A DNA stretch of 63,096 nucleotides, counting the filler, from Chiloscyllium plagiosum (Eukaryota), in assembly GCF_004010195.1 (NCBI RefSeq). It is 4 parts of one record of this genome, joined end to end, with 100 filler letters (N's around TTAATTAATTAA, not from the genome) between each part and the next. Parts side by side here need not be neighbours in the genome. Positions count along the whole stretch, not along the records: positions 24,652 to 37,933 come from NC_057713.1; positions 38,034 to 55,813 come from NC_057713.1; 2 more parts are not named here. One strand, given 5' to 3'. The notes below the pieces were generated by a model. The model was given only the letters and a program-made list of their open reading frames with translations. It did no database searches and was not told where the DNA came from. Below are positions 24,928-40,015 of this stretch, piece by piece. The translations under genes were made by a program, and so were the position numbers. How positions within the stretch are numbered: position 1 is the stretch's first letter; every line of letters begins with the position of its first letter.

Positions 24928-24999
24928 CATAGCTCAGACATCCCAGCCCAGACATCGACCTGCATTCTTTCAAGTGCTGTAGTTATGGCCTAACGAGCA

Positions 25000-27900
25000 T
25001 TATATATACTTTCAACATCACCCCCTTACCACTGCAACCTTTTTACATCAACCCGGTCAATTCCCCTAAAAATCTTATATCTATATTTAGCTAATAAAAG
25101 GAAGTATCTATCTTATCTATCTACTCAGCTATCTTCAGGAATCTGTGGATATGCATACCAAGGTTCCTCTAATCTTTACTACTTTCCAGAGTCCTACCAT
25201 TCATAGTGTAATCCCTTGCTCAGTTAACCTTCCTAAATCCATTACTTTGTACTTGTGGGTTGAATTCACATTGGCCACTACTCTGCCACTACTCTGCCCA
25301 GCTGACCAGCTTGTCAATATCCTCCTGCAGTTTATGGCTATCTTCACTATTTATCATCCTGTCAATTTTTGTGTAATTCACTAACTTCTTGATCATACCT
25401 GACATACTTAAATCCCAATCATTACTGAATCATCCAAATCTCACTGAAGAACTGTACCTCAGCACTGTTGTACCTCAGATAGCACCTTAGGTAATGACTT
25501 GTAAACTTTTCACTGTACTCATCTAAGCACACGTGACAATAAAGCTAATTCAATCATGAATGTACCCCACAAGCAGCACCAGGCCCTGCAGAACACCACT
25601 GGAAACAAACTTGGAGTCACAGAAATATCTAATATTACACTCTCCTTCCTGTCTCTCAGCATATTTCAGATCCAATGTGCCATTTGGCCTTGGATCCCAA
25701 GGGCCCTTACTTTTCTTGACCAATCTGCCATGAAGGACTTTATCAAGTGTCCTGCTTTTACCACATCCAATGTATTACTCTCATAAATGCTTTTGGTTTC
25801 CTTCAATGTTCCCTTTAAGCTGCTCTCCAAGGTTTCTGGCATAGTGGTCTGCATCGGCATGCCAGTAGTAACATTGAGTGCTGGTGCTGGAAGTCATTAC
25901 TGTGCACAAACCTTGGAGGCTCACTTAGCCAGAAAGAAAATTCAAGGGAACTCTGGTTACCCCCTCACAAAATTTGATTAGATTTGTCAAACATGACTTT
26001 GCTTAACAAATTTATGCTGACTATCTTGAGGAGATTTATTCTGTTCCTCAATTCTTTCTAATAACTTCTGCACCACTGAGGTTAGATGGACTTTCCTGTC
26101 ATTTTCTTGACTATCCCTTCCCTTTTTAATGACGTAATAATGTTAGGCGTTCTGCAGTCCTGTGGCACCTCGTCTGATTCCAGAGAGGGTTTGAAAATGA
26201 CTGCCACAGCTCTTGATATCTCCTTCAGCAACTTGGGATACATCTCATCCAGGCCTTTAGATGTGTCAACTTTTCAGACTGTTAAACCCTCTAGTCCCTC
26301 TCCTTTCTCCCTCTATGTTAATTTCTTCTAATATTTCACAGTCCTCCAGTCTGATGGCTGTACCTGCATCTTTTTCCATTGCAAAGCCTGACTATATATT
26401 CAGAGGGCTGAGTCCATACCTTTCAGGTCCACTCACAGATTGCCTTTATAGTTCTCAATGGGCCTTATACTCTTTAAAGTTATTCACTTGCTGTTTACAT
26501 ATTTTAACATTTTACACTAGGGTTTTCCTTTTTTCTACCTGCCAGTGCTTTCTCATGCACTCACTTCCTTTTCCGAATTTCATTTTTAACTTTCCTCCTG
26601 CACTTTGTATAGTCCTCTAGGCAGTCTGCCATAGTGATCACTTGGTATCTGCCATATGTTCTCTTTTTTATCTTAATCTTAGCCTTTAAGTTGCTTGATA
26701 TCCAAGGTTCTCTGGTCTTCGTTCAATCCTTTGTCTTTATGGAAACATTTGTCCTATACTCTTCACTATTTCTTCCTTGAATGCCTTCCTGTGATCTGAC
26801 AGTTCTTCTCTGCAAGGAGCAGCTCCCAGTCTGCCTAGGCCAAATTGTATTTTATTTTAGTAAACACAGCCTTTCCCCAGTTAGAACTTTTATTCTTGGC
26901 TCATATATAGGACAGTTATTGTCAAGAATTTGAGTTATGGCCATTAGCTTCTAACTGCTACAATACTGATATGCCTTCCATCTGCCTGACTTCATTTCTG
27001 AATATTTGATTTAGATTTATTGTCACGTGTACTAAATATGGGGACAAAGAGTACAGTGAAAAGTGTACAATGTCACCGCATACAATGCCATCCTCGGTAC
27101 AATGTACCTTGGTACAAAATCTTAGTAACAGAAATTGGAAAGAAATAAGTTAAAAAGCTTAACACTTCAGTCTTCTTAGCATGAAAGTAGAAAAATAAAG
27201 AAATGAAGGTAAAATGTCAAACGTTAGAAATATTAGATCCAGACTTATCCCCACTTTTGTTGAGTTTAATAAGAAGGAAGATAGAAAATAGGAGCAGGAG
27301 TAGATCATTTGGCTGTTCAAGCCTGCTTTTCCATTCAATATAATCATGGATGATCATCCAACTCAGTATCCTGATCCTGCTTTCTCCCCATATTCTTTGA
27401 TCCTTATAGTGCTAAGAACTATATCTACATCTTTCTTGAAAGTCTTCAATATTTTGGCCTCAACTGGTACCTGTGGTAGAGAATTCCACAGACTCACCAT
27501 GCTCTGAGTGAAGAAATTTCTTCTCATCCCCATTTTAAAAGACCTACTCCATATCCTTAGATTGTGACCCCTTGTTCTGATCTCAGGTGATTACAAAGAC
27601 CAAGAACCAAGAGCCAAGAACAATATAGCACAGGAACAGGCCCTTCTGCCCTCCAAGCCTGAGCCGACACATTCTGCCCTTCCATTTTAAATGGTCTTCA
27701 TTTACAGAATCCGTATCTCTCTAGTCCCTTCCTATTCAGGTATTCGTTCAGGTACTTCTTGAATGCTGCTATTGTGCCTGCTTCCACCACCTCCTCCAGG
27801 CACTCACCACCCTGTGTGTGAAAAACATGCCTCACATATCTCTTTTAAACCTATCCCTTCGCACTTTGAACCTGTGTCCCCTAGTAATTGACCCCTCAAC

Positions 27901-30900
27901 CCTGGGAAAAAGGCTCACACTTCCCAATCTATCCATGCCATTCACAATCTTATAAACTTCTATCAGGTCACCCCTCAACCTCCTGCACTCCAGTGAAAAC
28001 AAACCCAGTCCATCCAACCTTTTTTATAGCTAAAATCCCCCATACCAATGTACCCTCTCCAATGCATCCACATCCTTCCAGTAGTGTGGTGACCAGAACT
28101 GTATACAACATTCCAAGTGTGGACTACCTAACTTTAAAGCTGCAGAATAACTCATCTACCCTTCTAGTCAATGCCCCTTCCAATGATGGTAAGCATGCCA
28201 TAGGCCATTTTTTACTACCTTATCTACCTAACTGCCACCTTCAGGTGATCTATGGACCTGCACAACTGGATCTTTCTGCATATCAATATTCCTAAGAGTT
28301 TTGCCATCCACTGTACGATTTCCACCTGTACTTCACCTTCCAAATGTATCACCTCACATCTTTCTTGCCATGCCTCCAAGCGATCTATATCCTACTCTAT
28401 TTTCTGGCAATCCTCCTCACTATCTGCAACTCTCCCAATCTTTGTATCATCTGCAAACTTACTAATTCAACCAGCTATGTTTTCCTCGGAAGCATTTATA
28501 TAGATCATGAACAGGAGATGTCCTGACACTGATCCCTACAGAACACGATGAATCATCAACCCTCCATTCCAAAAAGCATCCTTCGATCTCTACCCTCTAT
28601 CTCCTATGACTAAGCCAGTTCTGTATCCATCTTGCCAGCTCACCCCAATGCCACTTGACTTCACCTTTTGTACTAAGCTGCCATGAAGGATCTTGTCAAA
28701 TCCTGTTTGCTAACAACTTTTCATGACCCCTTTTAGCCCTAATTCCTTGCTTAAGTTCTTTCCTGCTTTCCTTACATACTTCAAAGACTTGTCAGTTCCC
28801 ATCCTCCTAGACCTTACATGTGCTTCCTTTTTCTTTTTGACTAAGGTCATAACATCCCTGGTCATCCAAGGTTCACATAACTTTCCATACCTATCCTTCA
28901 TTCTCATAGAAACATGCCACTCCTGGAGTTCTATCAACTGCCATTTGAAATAGTCCCAGATGTCCAGTGTGGATTTACCCTCAAACAGCCACGTCCAATC
29001 AACACTCTCCAGTTCCTGGCCAATATTGTAGTAAATTGCCTTCCCTTTACCTGAGGGCTGCTGATACCCCTATCCATGAGTAACTTAAAACTCATGGTAT
29101 TATGGTCACTAATTCCAAAAATGCTCCCCTAATGAAACTTCATTCATCTGGTTGGGCTCATTTCCCAAAACAAGGTCCAGTATAACCTCTTCCTGGTTAG
29201 ACTGATTACATACTGTGTCAAGAAATACACTTGAATGGTCCTTACAAATGCTGCTTCATCTAAGCCGTGAGCCTGAAGGAAGTCCCAGTCAATATACGGG
29301 AAGTTAAAAATCACCCACCCCAACAACCATGTTGTTTTCACATCTTTCTAAAATCTGCCTACAAAGTCTCTCCTTTATCTGCCACTGCCTGTTGGGAGAT
29401 CTGTAGTGTACCCCAGTATTGTGATTTCACCTTTTCTACTCCTGGGTTCTACCCATAGTGCCTCGTTGTACAAATCCTCTGATGTATCCATCTCAGTACA
29501 GCTATGAGATACTCCTTTACTAGTAATGCAACTCCCCCACCCCTTTTGCATCCATTTCTATCACACCTGAACATTTGAGACTGAGATTGAGAACATCTTT
29601 CCTACATCTACCCTGTCTTACCTTGTTCAAATTCTATCGATTTCTATGCGATGCCTCTTCATTCTTCTAAACTCTAGCAAATATAGCTCTAGCCAATTCA
29701 GTCTGTCCAAATACAGCAGTCCCGCCATCCCAAGAATCAATCTGGAAAACTTTCTTTGTGATTTCTCAACAGCCAGAACATCCTTCTTTAGATAAGGAGA
29801 CCAAAAGTGTGCACAGTATTTAAGGTGTGGTCTTACCAATGCCATGTACTCCCTGCTCCTATACTTGAGTGTTTTGCTATGAAGGTCAACATACATTGTA
29901 CAGGACTTGGGATGTCATGTTGCAGCTGTACAAGACATCAGTTAAGCCACTTTTAGACTGAATTTAGAGTACTGCATTCAATTCTTGTCTCCCTGCTATA
30001 GGAAAATGCTGTTAAACTTGAAAGGTTTCAGAAAAGATTTACAAGGATGTTGCTGGGATTGGAGGGTTTGAGCTATGGGGGATGCTAAATATGGCTATTT
30101 TCCTTGGAGCATTGGAGATTGAGGAGTGACCTAATAGAGGTTTAAAAAACCATGAGGAACATGGATAGGATGAATAGCCAAGGACTTTTTCACAGGGTAA
30201 GGAAGTTCAAAAGAGAGGGCATAGGTTAAAGGTGAGAGGGGAAAGATTTAAAAGGGACCAAAGGGGCAACATTTTCATGCAGAGGCATGTATTGAATGAG
30301 GTGCCAGAGGAGGAGGAGGAGGCTGGCACAATTACATTTAAAAAGGCATCCAGATGGGTATATGAATAGGAAGGGTTTAGACTGATATGAGCCAAATGGG
30401 ACAAGATTTATTGGGGATATCTGGTCAGCATGGATCCATTGGATCGAGGATTTGTTTCTATGCTGTATAACTCTGACTCAATAGCATATCATTGCATTCT
30501 TCACCTCCTGCTGCACCTGCATGCTTACATTCAGCTACTGGTGACAAGGAGAGTCTTGTTGCACCTCCTCTTTCCCCAATTTATTGCTATCAGATAGCAA
30601 TCTGCCTGCCTAAAGTGGATAACCTCACATTTATCCAAATTATACTGCATCTGCCATGCATTTGACAACTTAACTAACTCCTCCAAATCACACTGATGTA
30701 TTTGTGCAATCTCTTCACAACTCACTCTCCCATCCAGCTTTGTTTTATCTGCAAATGTGGAGATATTACAATTATTTCACTCATCTAAATCATGCATATA
30801 TATTGTGAACAACTCTGCATTACTAGTCACTGCCTGCCACTTGGAATAAGGCTCATTTATTCCTATTCTTTGTTTCCTGACTGCAACCTGTTCTCAATCC

Positions 30901-31740
30901 ATTTTAGTACATGTCTCCGATTCCATGTGCTTTAATTTTGCATTTAAATCTCATGTGAGACCTTATCAAAAGCCTTCTTAAAATCCAAGTAAATCCACCC
31001 ACTGGCACTTCCTCCTAACTTTACTATTTACATCCTTGAAAAATTCCAGCAGATTTGTTGAGTACGACTTCCCCTTTGTAGATACATACTGATTCTGTCC
31101 AATTCTGTCAGTTTCTTTCAAGAGCTCTCTCTTATATCTTTTATGATGGACTGTAACATTTCTCCCAATATCTACGTCAAGCTAACCAGTCTATAATTCC
31201 CCATTTTCTCTGTCTCCCATCTTAAATAGTAGTGTTACAATAGCTACTCTCCGATCCACAGGGACTGTTCCAGAGTACAGTTTTGGAAGATGACTACTTT
31301 ACACATCTACTATTTCTAAGGCCACTTCATAAGTACTCTGGGATGAAGCATATCAGGCCCTGGGTATCTATATGCATTTAATTCCATTAGCTTTGCAAAT
31401 ACTATTTCTCTATTAAAATTAATTTCTTTCAATTCCTCCTGCCCATATTTTAGGGATGTCATTTGTGTCTTCTTTTGTAAAGACAGAACTATATTTAATT
31501 GGTCTGCCATCTCTTTGCTCCCCATTATAAATTCCCCTGTTTCTTACAGTAGGGGACCTATATTTATCTTTCAAAATCTTTCTCTTCACATGCCTCTAGA
31601 AGCTTTTACAATCTGTTTGCATATTCTCTGCAGGCTTACTCTTATACTTTATCATCTAAACTGTTCTCAATGTAGGTCCTAAGTCTGTTATTTTTGTGAC
31701 TAATTTGTCTGCCTCTCCTTCATATTTAATCCTATCCCTG
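25000..31740 (-). mobile_element. Cluster of old nested CR1-clade LINE fragments (minus strand; a plus-strand 3' fragment at about 29895-30480)
   Basis: Repeated ORF2 motifs (RGDLIEVYKI, LVRPHLKYCAHFWSP, YPGPDMLHPRVL, FNFPYIDWD) and several 3' UTR tails. Confidence 0.75.
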
Positions 31741-31779
31741 GAATTAGTGATATTCCTAGTCATGGTCTAGAATGTTGCT

Positions 31780-32170
31780 ACGCATGACCTATCAGCACTG
31801 ACAATGTGATAATGCTGGAAGATATCGATAGCTTCACATATCTAAGCTATAAATCACCAGCAATGTCACTTGATGACGAAATCCAGGCACACATTATAAA
31901 AATTGCAGTTGTTATGTCCATGCTGTGTAAGAGACTGTGAAATAACAGCAACCTACTTCAAACTGCTCATCTACCAAACTTGCTTTCATAGGACATTCCT
32001 CTACGATAGTGGACAAAATATACAAGGTAGATGAAATGCTGAACTGATTTCACCTTAAATTTTTCAAAAGTTGCCTTGCATCTCTTGGTAGAAGGTCACC
32101 ATCTCAGATGTCCTGGAGCTTGCAAATTCCATGAACAATTCTATGGTTTTGCTAAGCCAACAACATCTTG
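31780..32170 (+). mobile_element. Highly decayed RTE-clade LINE RT fragment
   Basis: Translation YLSYKSPAMSLDDEIQAHIIKIAVVMSMLCKRL resembles RTE YLGS....SLDDEI..RI.KA...F..L.KR.W. Confidence 0.5.
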
Positions 32171-34099
32171 ACAAATCAAAAAACAACTGAGGATGCTGGA
32201 AACCTGAAACAAAAACAGAAACTGCCGTGGAAACTCAGCAAGTCATGGAGAGAAAGCAGAGTCAACATTTTGAGTCTAGTGACCCTATTTCAGGGAGGAT
32301 AGCTTTGAAGATTGTTCTTATGGTTTCAAATGGCTTACTCCTGCCCCTTTTTTAAGTACTCTATTACAGCTGGGATACACCTTTCTTTTGAAGAAATGCA
32401 GCCTAGCTTGAAAAGTGTAGGGTAACTTTAACCATTCACAACATTGGACCATCTACAGTGCTATCAATGCTAGCTGCATGCAGCAACCATCATAATGAGC
32501 AGGTAACACAAGGTTTGTGTGGTGCCTGAACTTTACTCAACAGCATAATCCAACAGCCATTTTGAGATTATTAAATCAAAGCCCCTATGAACCTCCATAC
32601 CCAACAAGATCAACTTTTCAGCCTGGAATAACTTGAATACTTTGTCCAGAAAGTATAATCAATCTATCGCAGATTTTATACATTCGACTATTCTTAATTT
32701 ATCCACATATTCACTTTATCATAAGATTATAGCTTCACTAATTCATCTCTTACATTTTAAACTGAAATATTGCATAGCAAACTTCCAAATCTCTGACAAA
32801 ACTCCAATTTATAAAGACATTTGAAAATCAGTGGCTAGATTTCAATACTCTAACTTTTCCACTTAGGGATTTTTTTTTCAGTGCTATAATTGCTCTAATA
32901 CTTTCCCAAGAGATCTTTCATTCACACAGTCAACAGCAACAACTTGCATTTTTATAGAACTTTAATTAAAGGAAAAACAACGTTCATTTGTATTATACCT
33001 TTCACAACATCTGAGAGCGTTACAAGCAATGAGGTCTTGCTTGAATCGTAGTTACTGTATAAAATGTAGGAAACACAGCAACTAAATTGTGCCAAAGAAA
33101 TGCATATGGAAGGTAAGAGATTACCTGTGATATTGATTGAGGGATAAATATTGGTCAAAATGTCAGGAAGAACTCCTCTACCAAATACTGTCATGGAATC
33201 TTTTATAACCACCTGATAGGGCTTTTAGTTTAATTACTCATCAGTAATTAAGGAGACACAATGGTGTAGTGATAATGAACTAGGTTGGTAATCTAACAAC
33301 CCAGGGTCAAATTCCTCCATAGAAGCTGATACAATGAATAAATTTAGAATTAAAAGCTATGCTCAGTAATGACAACCATCAAAGATTATTTTCAAAAACT
33401 TATCTAGTTCATGAATGCCCTTTACAAAAGGAAATCTGAATCCTGACCTGGTCTGACCTTCACACCTACAATAATGTTGACTCTTATCAGCCCTCTGAAA
33501 TAGCCAAGCAAGCTAATGAGTTCATGTATGACTAGAGATAGTCAACTAATGTTGTCCTCACCACTGATCTCCATCCCAGAACGCAATTTTAAAAATCTGC
33601 ACATTCTGCACTGGAGTAATTCTAACTTCTATGATCAGGTTCTGAGAGTGGAGATTTGAATCTGTGATCTTCGATGTTGAGGTGAGGCTACCTACAGTAT
33701 CACAGTGGAGAACTTTAAGGACAGGGGGAACAGTAAATATGGGCAGAATATGGAATGGAGTTGTCAGTGCTGGCTGAATGAATTTCTGGTGTTCTGAACA
33801 TGTGGTTTGATCTTTTGAATTCTGACATGTGATATTTAACTGAGATGCTTTCCAGCAGTTTACAAATGTTGTACTTAACTTGCTAAGTTTAGGTCCCATG
33901 TATTTGAGGACCTTTGCTCATTGGGATGCTGAAAAATTAAAGTGTAACTTTTTTTAATAAATTCAACAAAGGCAGTTTTAATTCTGTAATTAAGGAGACA
34001 CTGATACATTCTTGACAAAGAGATTGTTTTAGGGTGTAAGGGAAAGATCAAGATGGGGAAGTAGAGCTAACAATTTGGATAATGGGGAGATTGAGAATA

Positions 34100-34422
34100 T
34101 AGATTAGATTTCTACAGTGTGGAAACAGGCCCTTTGGCCCAACAAGCCCATACTGACCCCCCGAAGAGTAACCCACCCAGACCCATTCCACTACCCTATA
34201 TTTACTAATGCACCTAACGCTACGGGCAATTTAGCATGGTCAATCCACCTGACCTGCACATCTTTGGATTGTGGGAGGAAACTGGAGCACCCGGAGGAAA
34301 CCCACGCAGACACGGGGAGAACGTGCAAACTCCACACAGTCAGTCGCCTGAGGCTGGAATCAAACCTGGGTGCCTGGAGCTGTGAGGCTGCAGTGCTAAC
34401 CACTGAGCTACCATGCCACCCA
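34100..34422 (-). mobile_element. HE1-type SINE
   Basis: tRNA-like head and ATCTA-type tail. Confidence 0.85.
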
Positions 34423-34589
34423 AATATAATGAAACAAAAAGAGGAAGTATTATGTATATCAGGTAAATTCTTCAAGTGAGAACAAGGATAAATGCAATAA
34501 GTTGAGAGGGGCGTTGAAAAGGAAAATAAAATATGGTGAATAAAAAACATGAGAAGAACAACAATTCACATAAGGAAACCCAAAACTCT

Positions 34590-35720
34590 TCCATCATCAT
34601 TTAAACTGTGAGGGGTAGGAAAAGGTAGGCTGGGGCCTGTAATGAACAAATCATTGATTTACACTTCGGGGTACAGGACAAGGCTTAATACTTAATAAGC
34701 ACTTTATATCAGGATTAATGCTTTGAAAATATTGGTAAAGGTAAAATGTATAGGTCAAAGATGGAGTGAACACTGATCGACAGATTGTACTGGAAAGACT
34801 GCAGAATCTTAGAGTGGATAAGATAGATAGGAAATGAGTTGTGAAGAGAATATAAACAGCTTACAAAGGGAGTTGGCAAAGTTCTGACAAATGGAATTCA
34901 ATGTGGAAAAAGGTGAAATTGTCCAATTTGGCTTAAAGAATTAAAATGAAGTTTATTATCTAACTGGTAAGAGATTACACAGTTCTGAGGTGCAGAGAGA
35001 TTTGGATCTCCCAGTACATGAAGCATGGAGGTTAGTATGTGGGTACAGCAAGTAACCAGGAATGCCAATAGAATACTATGATTTATTGTGAGAATTAAAT
35101 GCAAGAGAAGGGAAATTATTCTTCAGTTGTATAGGGCATTGGTGAGACTGCATTTGGAGCACTGCAGACAGTACTGGTCATCATACTTTCTGAAGAGTGT
35201 TCATGTATTAGAAACAGTTAAGGGAAGGCTTACTAGACTAATACCTGGAGTGAACAGATTACCTTATGAGAAAAGACTAAACAGGCTGAATTTGTATCCT
35301 TTAGAGTTTGGAAAAGTTGGAGGTGACTTAATTGAAACACACAAGATTCTGAGGGGACTTTGACTGGGTGGATGTCAAGAGGATGCTTCTTCTTGTGTGA
35401 GGATCTAGAACTAGGGGTTATGGTTTAAAAATAATGGTTGTCTATTTAAGACAGAGATGAGGACACTTTTTTTTCTCTTAGAGGATTGTGAGTCTTTGGA
35501 ATTCTCTTCCTCAAAATGTACTGGACGATGAATCTTTAAATATTTTAAGGAAGAGGTAGGTAGATTCTTGATTATTAAGGCAATGAAAGATAATTGGGGA
35601 CATGCAGGAATGTAGAGTTGAGCTAACATCAGATCAGCCATGATTTTATTGAATGTCAGAGCAGGCTTGAAGGGCTGAGTGGCCTACTCATGCTTCTTGT
35701 TCAGACATTGTGTGTTCGTA
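34590..35720 (+). mobile_element. CR1-clade LINE 3' ~1.1 kb
   Basis: EIILQLYRALVRLHLEHC...GDLIETHKILRGL and 3' UTR. Confidence 0.8.
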
Positions 35721-37004
35721 TGGCGTATGGTCTGGATGGCCTGCATTCCAAGTTCAACAGTTGAGGTATGCAACAGTTGGTGATTAATCCTACATTATTC
35801 ATTTTACATTTTAATAAAAATTAAAATGACCATACAATGTACTTATTATGACACTGGCTAAATTATTGCTTGCCAATTACATGCCTAATAAATAATGTTC
35901 CAAATCTTGGGATATATTGTGTTTTGATTGGTATCATTGCAATGCCTTCTCATACACATACAGTCTTCCTCATCTTACCTATAACTATTATTCAAGCAGG
36001 TTTATGACAGTCTTGAATGTATCTTGAAGTCCAGATGTTAAAATCTACAAATCGTGAGAAGTCTCACTGTGTTTTCCCCACTTTTGGTTAACATTATAGA
36101 TTACTAACACATGGGTTACATTCATAGCATTATCATTACTTTCATGTGTCATAATTATATCAGAAGGAAAGTTAAAGTTTTCCTTATTTAAAGTCGGCAC
36201 AGTATACACACAGTAAACATGACTTTTATTCTTCACTAACATAAAATGTCGCTGTCAAACCAAAAGGTTGTTTTGCCTACCACATAAATGACGAATGTGG
36301 TTAATGATTTTCAGAGCTGGTTTGATGCCAGGTACACAAACTGTACTTCTCATTGACTAATGGACTACAGTATATAGCAAACAGCACATTCCTTTGACTG
36401 TCTGCAGTATGCAGCATGCTGACCACATTCAACCAACTCATGCTTGCAAAACTCCAGCACTAGACGTGATTCTGCTATTGAACAACATTTACTTACTAAA
36501 GCAGAAACAAATTTAAGATTATCAGTTAGGCTCATAGTGCATTTTATTTTAATGCATCTAGAAGCTGCACGTATGCACAAACAGGATCATGTGCTGTGTA
36601 GACAAAATGAATTTGTGCATTCAACATATCTTTTCATTGAGAATGGGTTATGGAAACTGCCAGTCCCTATTGCAATTCTCATGGGAACATCCTGACTAAC
36701 AAAAGTTTACCTTCCCTGTCTGATGTTAACCAGTTAGTTATGATTAAATGTTAACAGTTCTAGCTGCAGCCCCATGCTAACCATGGTCCAACCAAGTGGC
36801 ACCCTCTTTCCATGCTGGAGAAATCAATATTCCCTTTAGAAGTTTGGTTTCATATGCATCATTCCTGGTGAGTGCAAGATGAGAAAAGCTATGTCTTATC
36901 TTTATGTAAGTAATGTTTGCATTTTATATTAACAAGAAATTAAAGTTGATATACAGTAATCACCATAGTCCAGAAAACTTGGAGCTACATCATTTCTGGA
37001 TTTT

Positions 37005-37265
37005 ATAGAACATAGAACATAGAAGAATACAGCGCAGTACAGGCCCTTCGGCCCTCGATGTTGCACCGATCCAAGCCCACCTAACCTACACTAGCCCACT
37101 ATCCTCCATATGCCTATCCAATGCCCGCTTAAATGCCCATAATGAGGGAGAGTCCACCACTGCTACTGGCAGGGCATTCCATGAACTCACGACTCGCTGA
37201 GTAAAGAACCTACCCCTAACATCTGTCCTATACCTACCCCCCCTTAATTTAAAGCTATGCCCCCT
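37005..37265 (-). mobile_element. Young CR1 3' end with (AGAACAT)n tail
   Basis: RGHSFKLRGGRYRTDVRGRFFTQRVVSSWNALP intact; CpGs retained. Confidence 0.85.
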
Positions 37266-38033
37266 TTTTTTTAAATTATAAAATGACTTTAGAAAACCTA
37301 ACATCAAATATGTGAATCAGGAAACACCATAGATATAAATATTTACCTGAAATGTAGAACAGTGTTAAAACTTTAAAAGTATTTAGAAAAACATCATTCC
37401 AGGAATGAAGAAGAGTAAGTCTGCTTACCAAACTGGAAGTCTATAGAGCAATGGTCCTGTGCTCTCTGCTTCAAGTGTGCAAGACCTGGACTGTAGAATC
37501 ATAGAAATGTTCCAGCACAGAAGAAGACATTCAGCCCACCATGTCTGCACCTGCCAAAATATAGACAAAAAGAATTGAAAACTCGTGACTGTTTCTAATC
37601 CCACCATTCAGCACCTGGTTCATCACCTTGCAGGTTACAGCAATAGGTGCAGATTTAGGTTGCTTTTAAATGCATTGACAGTTTCTGTCTCCACCAGCAA
37701 AACCAGGTAAAGAATTTCAGACACCTATCCCTTTATGAATGAATGTAAGTTATAGACAGGATAGATCGAGTGAATCCTTAGAAGAGTATAAAGTAGGAGT
37801 ATACTTAAGAGGGAAATCAGGAGGGCAAAAAGGGGACATGAGATAGCTTTGGCAAATAGAATTAAGGAGAATCCAAACAGTTTTTACAAATACATTAAGG
37901 ACAAAAGGGTAACTAGGGAGAGAATAGGGCCCCNNNNNNNNNNNNNNNNNNNNNNNNNNNNNNNNNNNNNNNNNNNNTTAATTAATTAANNNNNNNNNNN
38001 NNNNNNNNNNNNNNNNNNNNNNNNNNNNNNNNN

Positions 38034-38232
38034 ATCACCCTCACCTTGACCTCCTTTCACCTATTGCAATTCCAACGCCCCTCCCCCAAGTCCCTCCTCC
38101 CTACCTTTTATCTTAGCCTGCTGGACACACTTTCCTCATTCCTGAAGAAGAGCTTATGCCCGAAACGTTGATTCTCCTGTTCCTTGGATGCTGCCTGACC
38201 TGCTGCGCTTTTCCAGCAACACATTTTCAGCT
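38034..38232 (+). mobile_element. Penelope family A terminal fragment with hammerhead-like motif at 38138-38172
   Basis: Reverse complement of about 8458-8655. Reads ATTC-CTGAAGA-AGAGCTTATGCCC-GAAACGTT-GAT. Confidence 0.75.
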
Positions 38233-39728
38233 CCTTTAAAGGAAAGCACACCTCAGAAGCAGAAAGAAAACAGATGTAGAGGAAATCCTGAGCCTACAAC
38301 TCATCCAAAGCTCAATCATCTGCAGTATCCTGTTCTACATACAGCAGAGCATTCCAGACAAACTCTGACCTTGGCAGTCACATGGGTATCCACTGGAACC
38401 CTACCAAACATCCATATGATGACCATGCTCATCTTTACTTCAAATAACCAATAGGAGTTGCTCTTTGGACTGAATTTTTAATTAGTTACAGACAGGTGGC
38501 CTAAGGTGGATGACTCCTCACCAGTTTTATTTTCCAATTACTGGTGAGTGCAGGTGTTCCTGCATGGTCCTGATTCAGAACCATTTCTGAAGGGCCTACT
38601 TGATCAGAAATGCTGGTCACCCACCCACAAATGAGTGGTTGACTATGAAAGCAATTGGGTAGCTATTAATATCAATGTTCTGAGATGTTGCCAGACCTGC
38701 TGAGCTTTTCCAGAAATTTCCATTTTTATGCCATATCTTGCTATTTTGTTTTTAAAGTTTGATGGTGGGACAGCTGATCTTTGACCTTCTGTTGGGCCTC
38801 CAGCCTCGGGTAGCTGACCACCACTTTTAATTGGTTGAGGCTCCCCACCGAGAGCCACTTAGCTGCAACCTCAGAAGTCATTTTCTGATTCCGGATTCTA
38901 ATACGTAGGGATACATAGGAAAATGTTATTAAGTCCAGCTCTTCAACAAATGAAGAGACATCTATCCTCTTCAAACCTCAAATTAAATCTTGAATACACA
39001 GTCTTTTAGTTACTGGTGGTTTTCAGAATGACTTACAGCTTAGGTTTGCCAGTGGTCTAGACATATGCCACTGGAGGATTTCCTTGATTTAATGATAGAT
39101 GAGGAGTAGGATTTCTGGGAACCCCATTGTGGGTTTGGAACATAATCATACTTGTTTAATGGTTGGTTTAGAGATAACTTTCCTACAGCTTGCTATAATT
39201 TACTGGTGGTTTAGTATTGGGTCTGTGGCAAATTCCCTAGAAATAAATGCCTTAGAGGTTGCAACTGCTTTCTTATAGTTTGCTACCATTGATCGATTAT
39301 CTTATCAATGTTCTGTTTACATTACAGTCAGGCCTGCATGTTAATCCTCAATATTTTTATAATGCGTTTAAGACCACTTTCCTGGTAGTAAGAAACGGTA
39401 TTAAAATTTCTGATCTATCTGCATAGTGTACTTTGGTGGTCTCTTCTGGAAAAAGTAACATGAACCCAAGGTCCATGCATGCACATAGGTGAATATGGCA
39501 ATATTTATAGGAAAATAGGAACAGAATTAGGCCGTTCAGCTTCTCAAGCCTGTTCCACCATTCACTTAGACCGTTCTGATCTGTGACTAACTTTAGACGC
39601 CCATCTTTGATCCATATCACTTAATATCTTTTTTTAACAAAAATATAACTATCTCAGAATTAAAATTAACAACCGATCCAGTGTCCACTGCCATTTGTCG
39701 AGGAGCGTTCCAAACATCTACAACTATT

Positions 39729-40015
39729 AGGGTGGCATGGTGGCTCATAGCACCAGGGACCTGGGTTCGATTCCAGCCTTGGGTGACTGTCTGTTTGGAG
39801 TTTGCACATTATCCTTGTGTCTGCACAGATTTCCTCCCACAATCCAAAAATGTGCAGGTTAGGTGAATTGGCCATGCTAAATTGCCCATAGTGTAGGTTA
39901 TTAGTCAGAGGTAAATATAGGGTAGGGGAATGGGTCTGGGTGGGTTATTCTTCAGAGAGGTCGATGTGGACTTGTTGGGCCAAAGGGCTTGTTGCCATGC
40001 TGGAGGGATTCTAAC
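39729..40015 (+). mobile_element. HE1-type SINE inserted in a CR1 3' fragment
   Basis: GGGTGGCATGGTGGCTCA...GGGTTCGATTCC head and GGACTTGTTGGGCC tail. Confidence 0.8.

Noticed and set aside
38880..39500. Possible endogenous viral or host coding remnant on the minus strand
   Set aside because: Many stops in the frames I tried and no motif I could confirm; more likely a very old LINE 3' region. Needs tBLASTx/HMM search.
13000..40000. VLR-style somatically assembled locus with flanking LRR cassettes
   Set aside because: The gene is already complete, has no stalk/GPI or canonical LRRCT, and I saw no separate LRR cassettes in the window.
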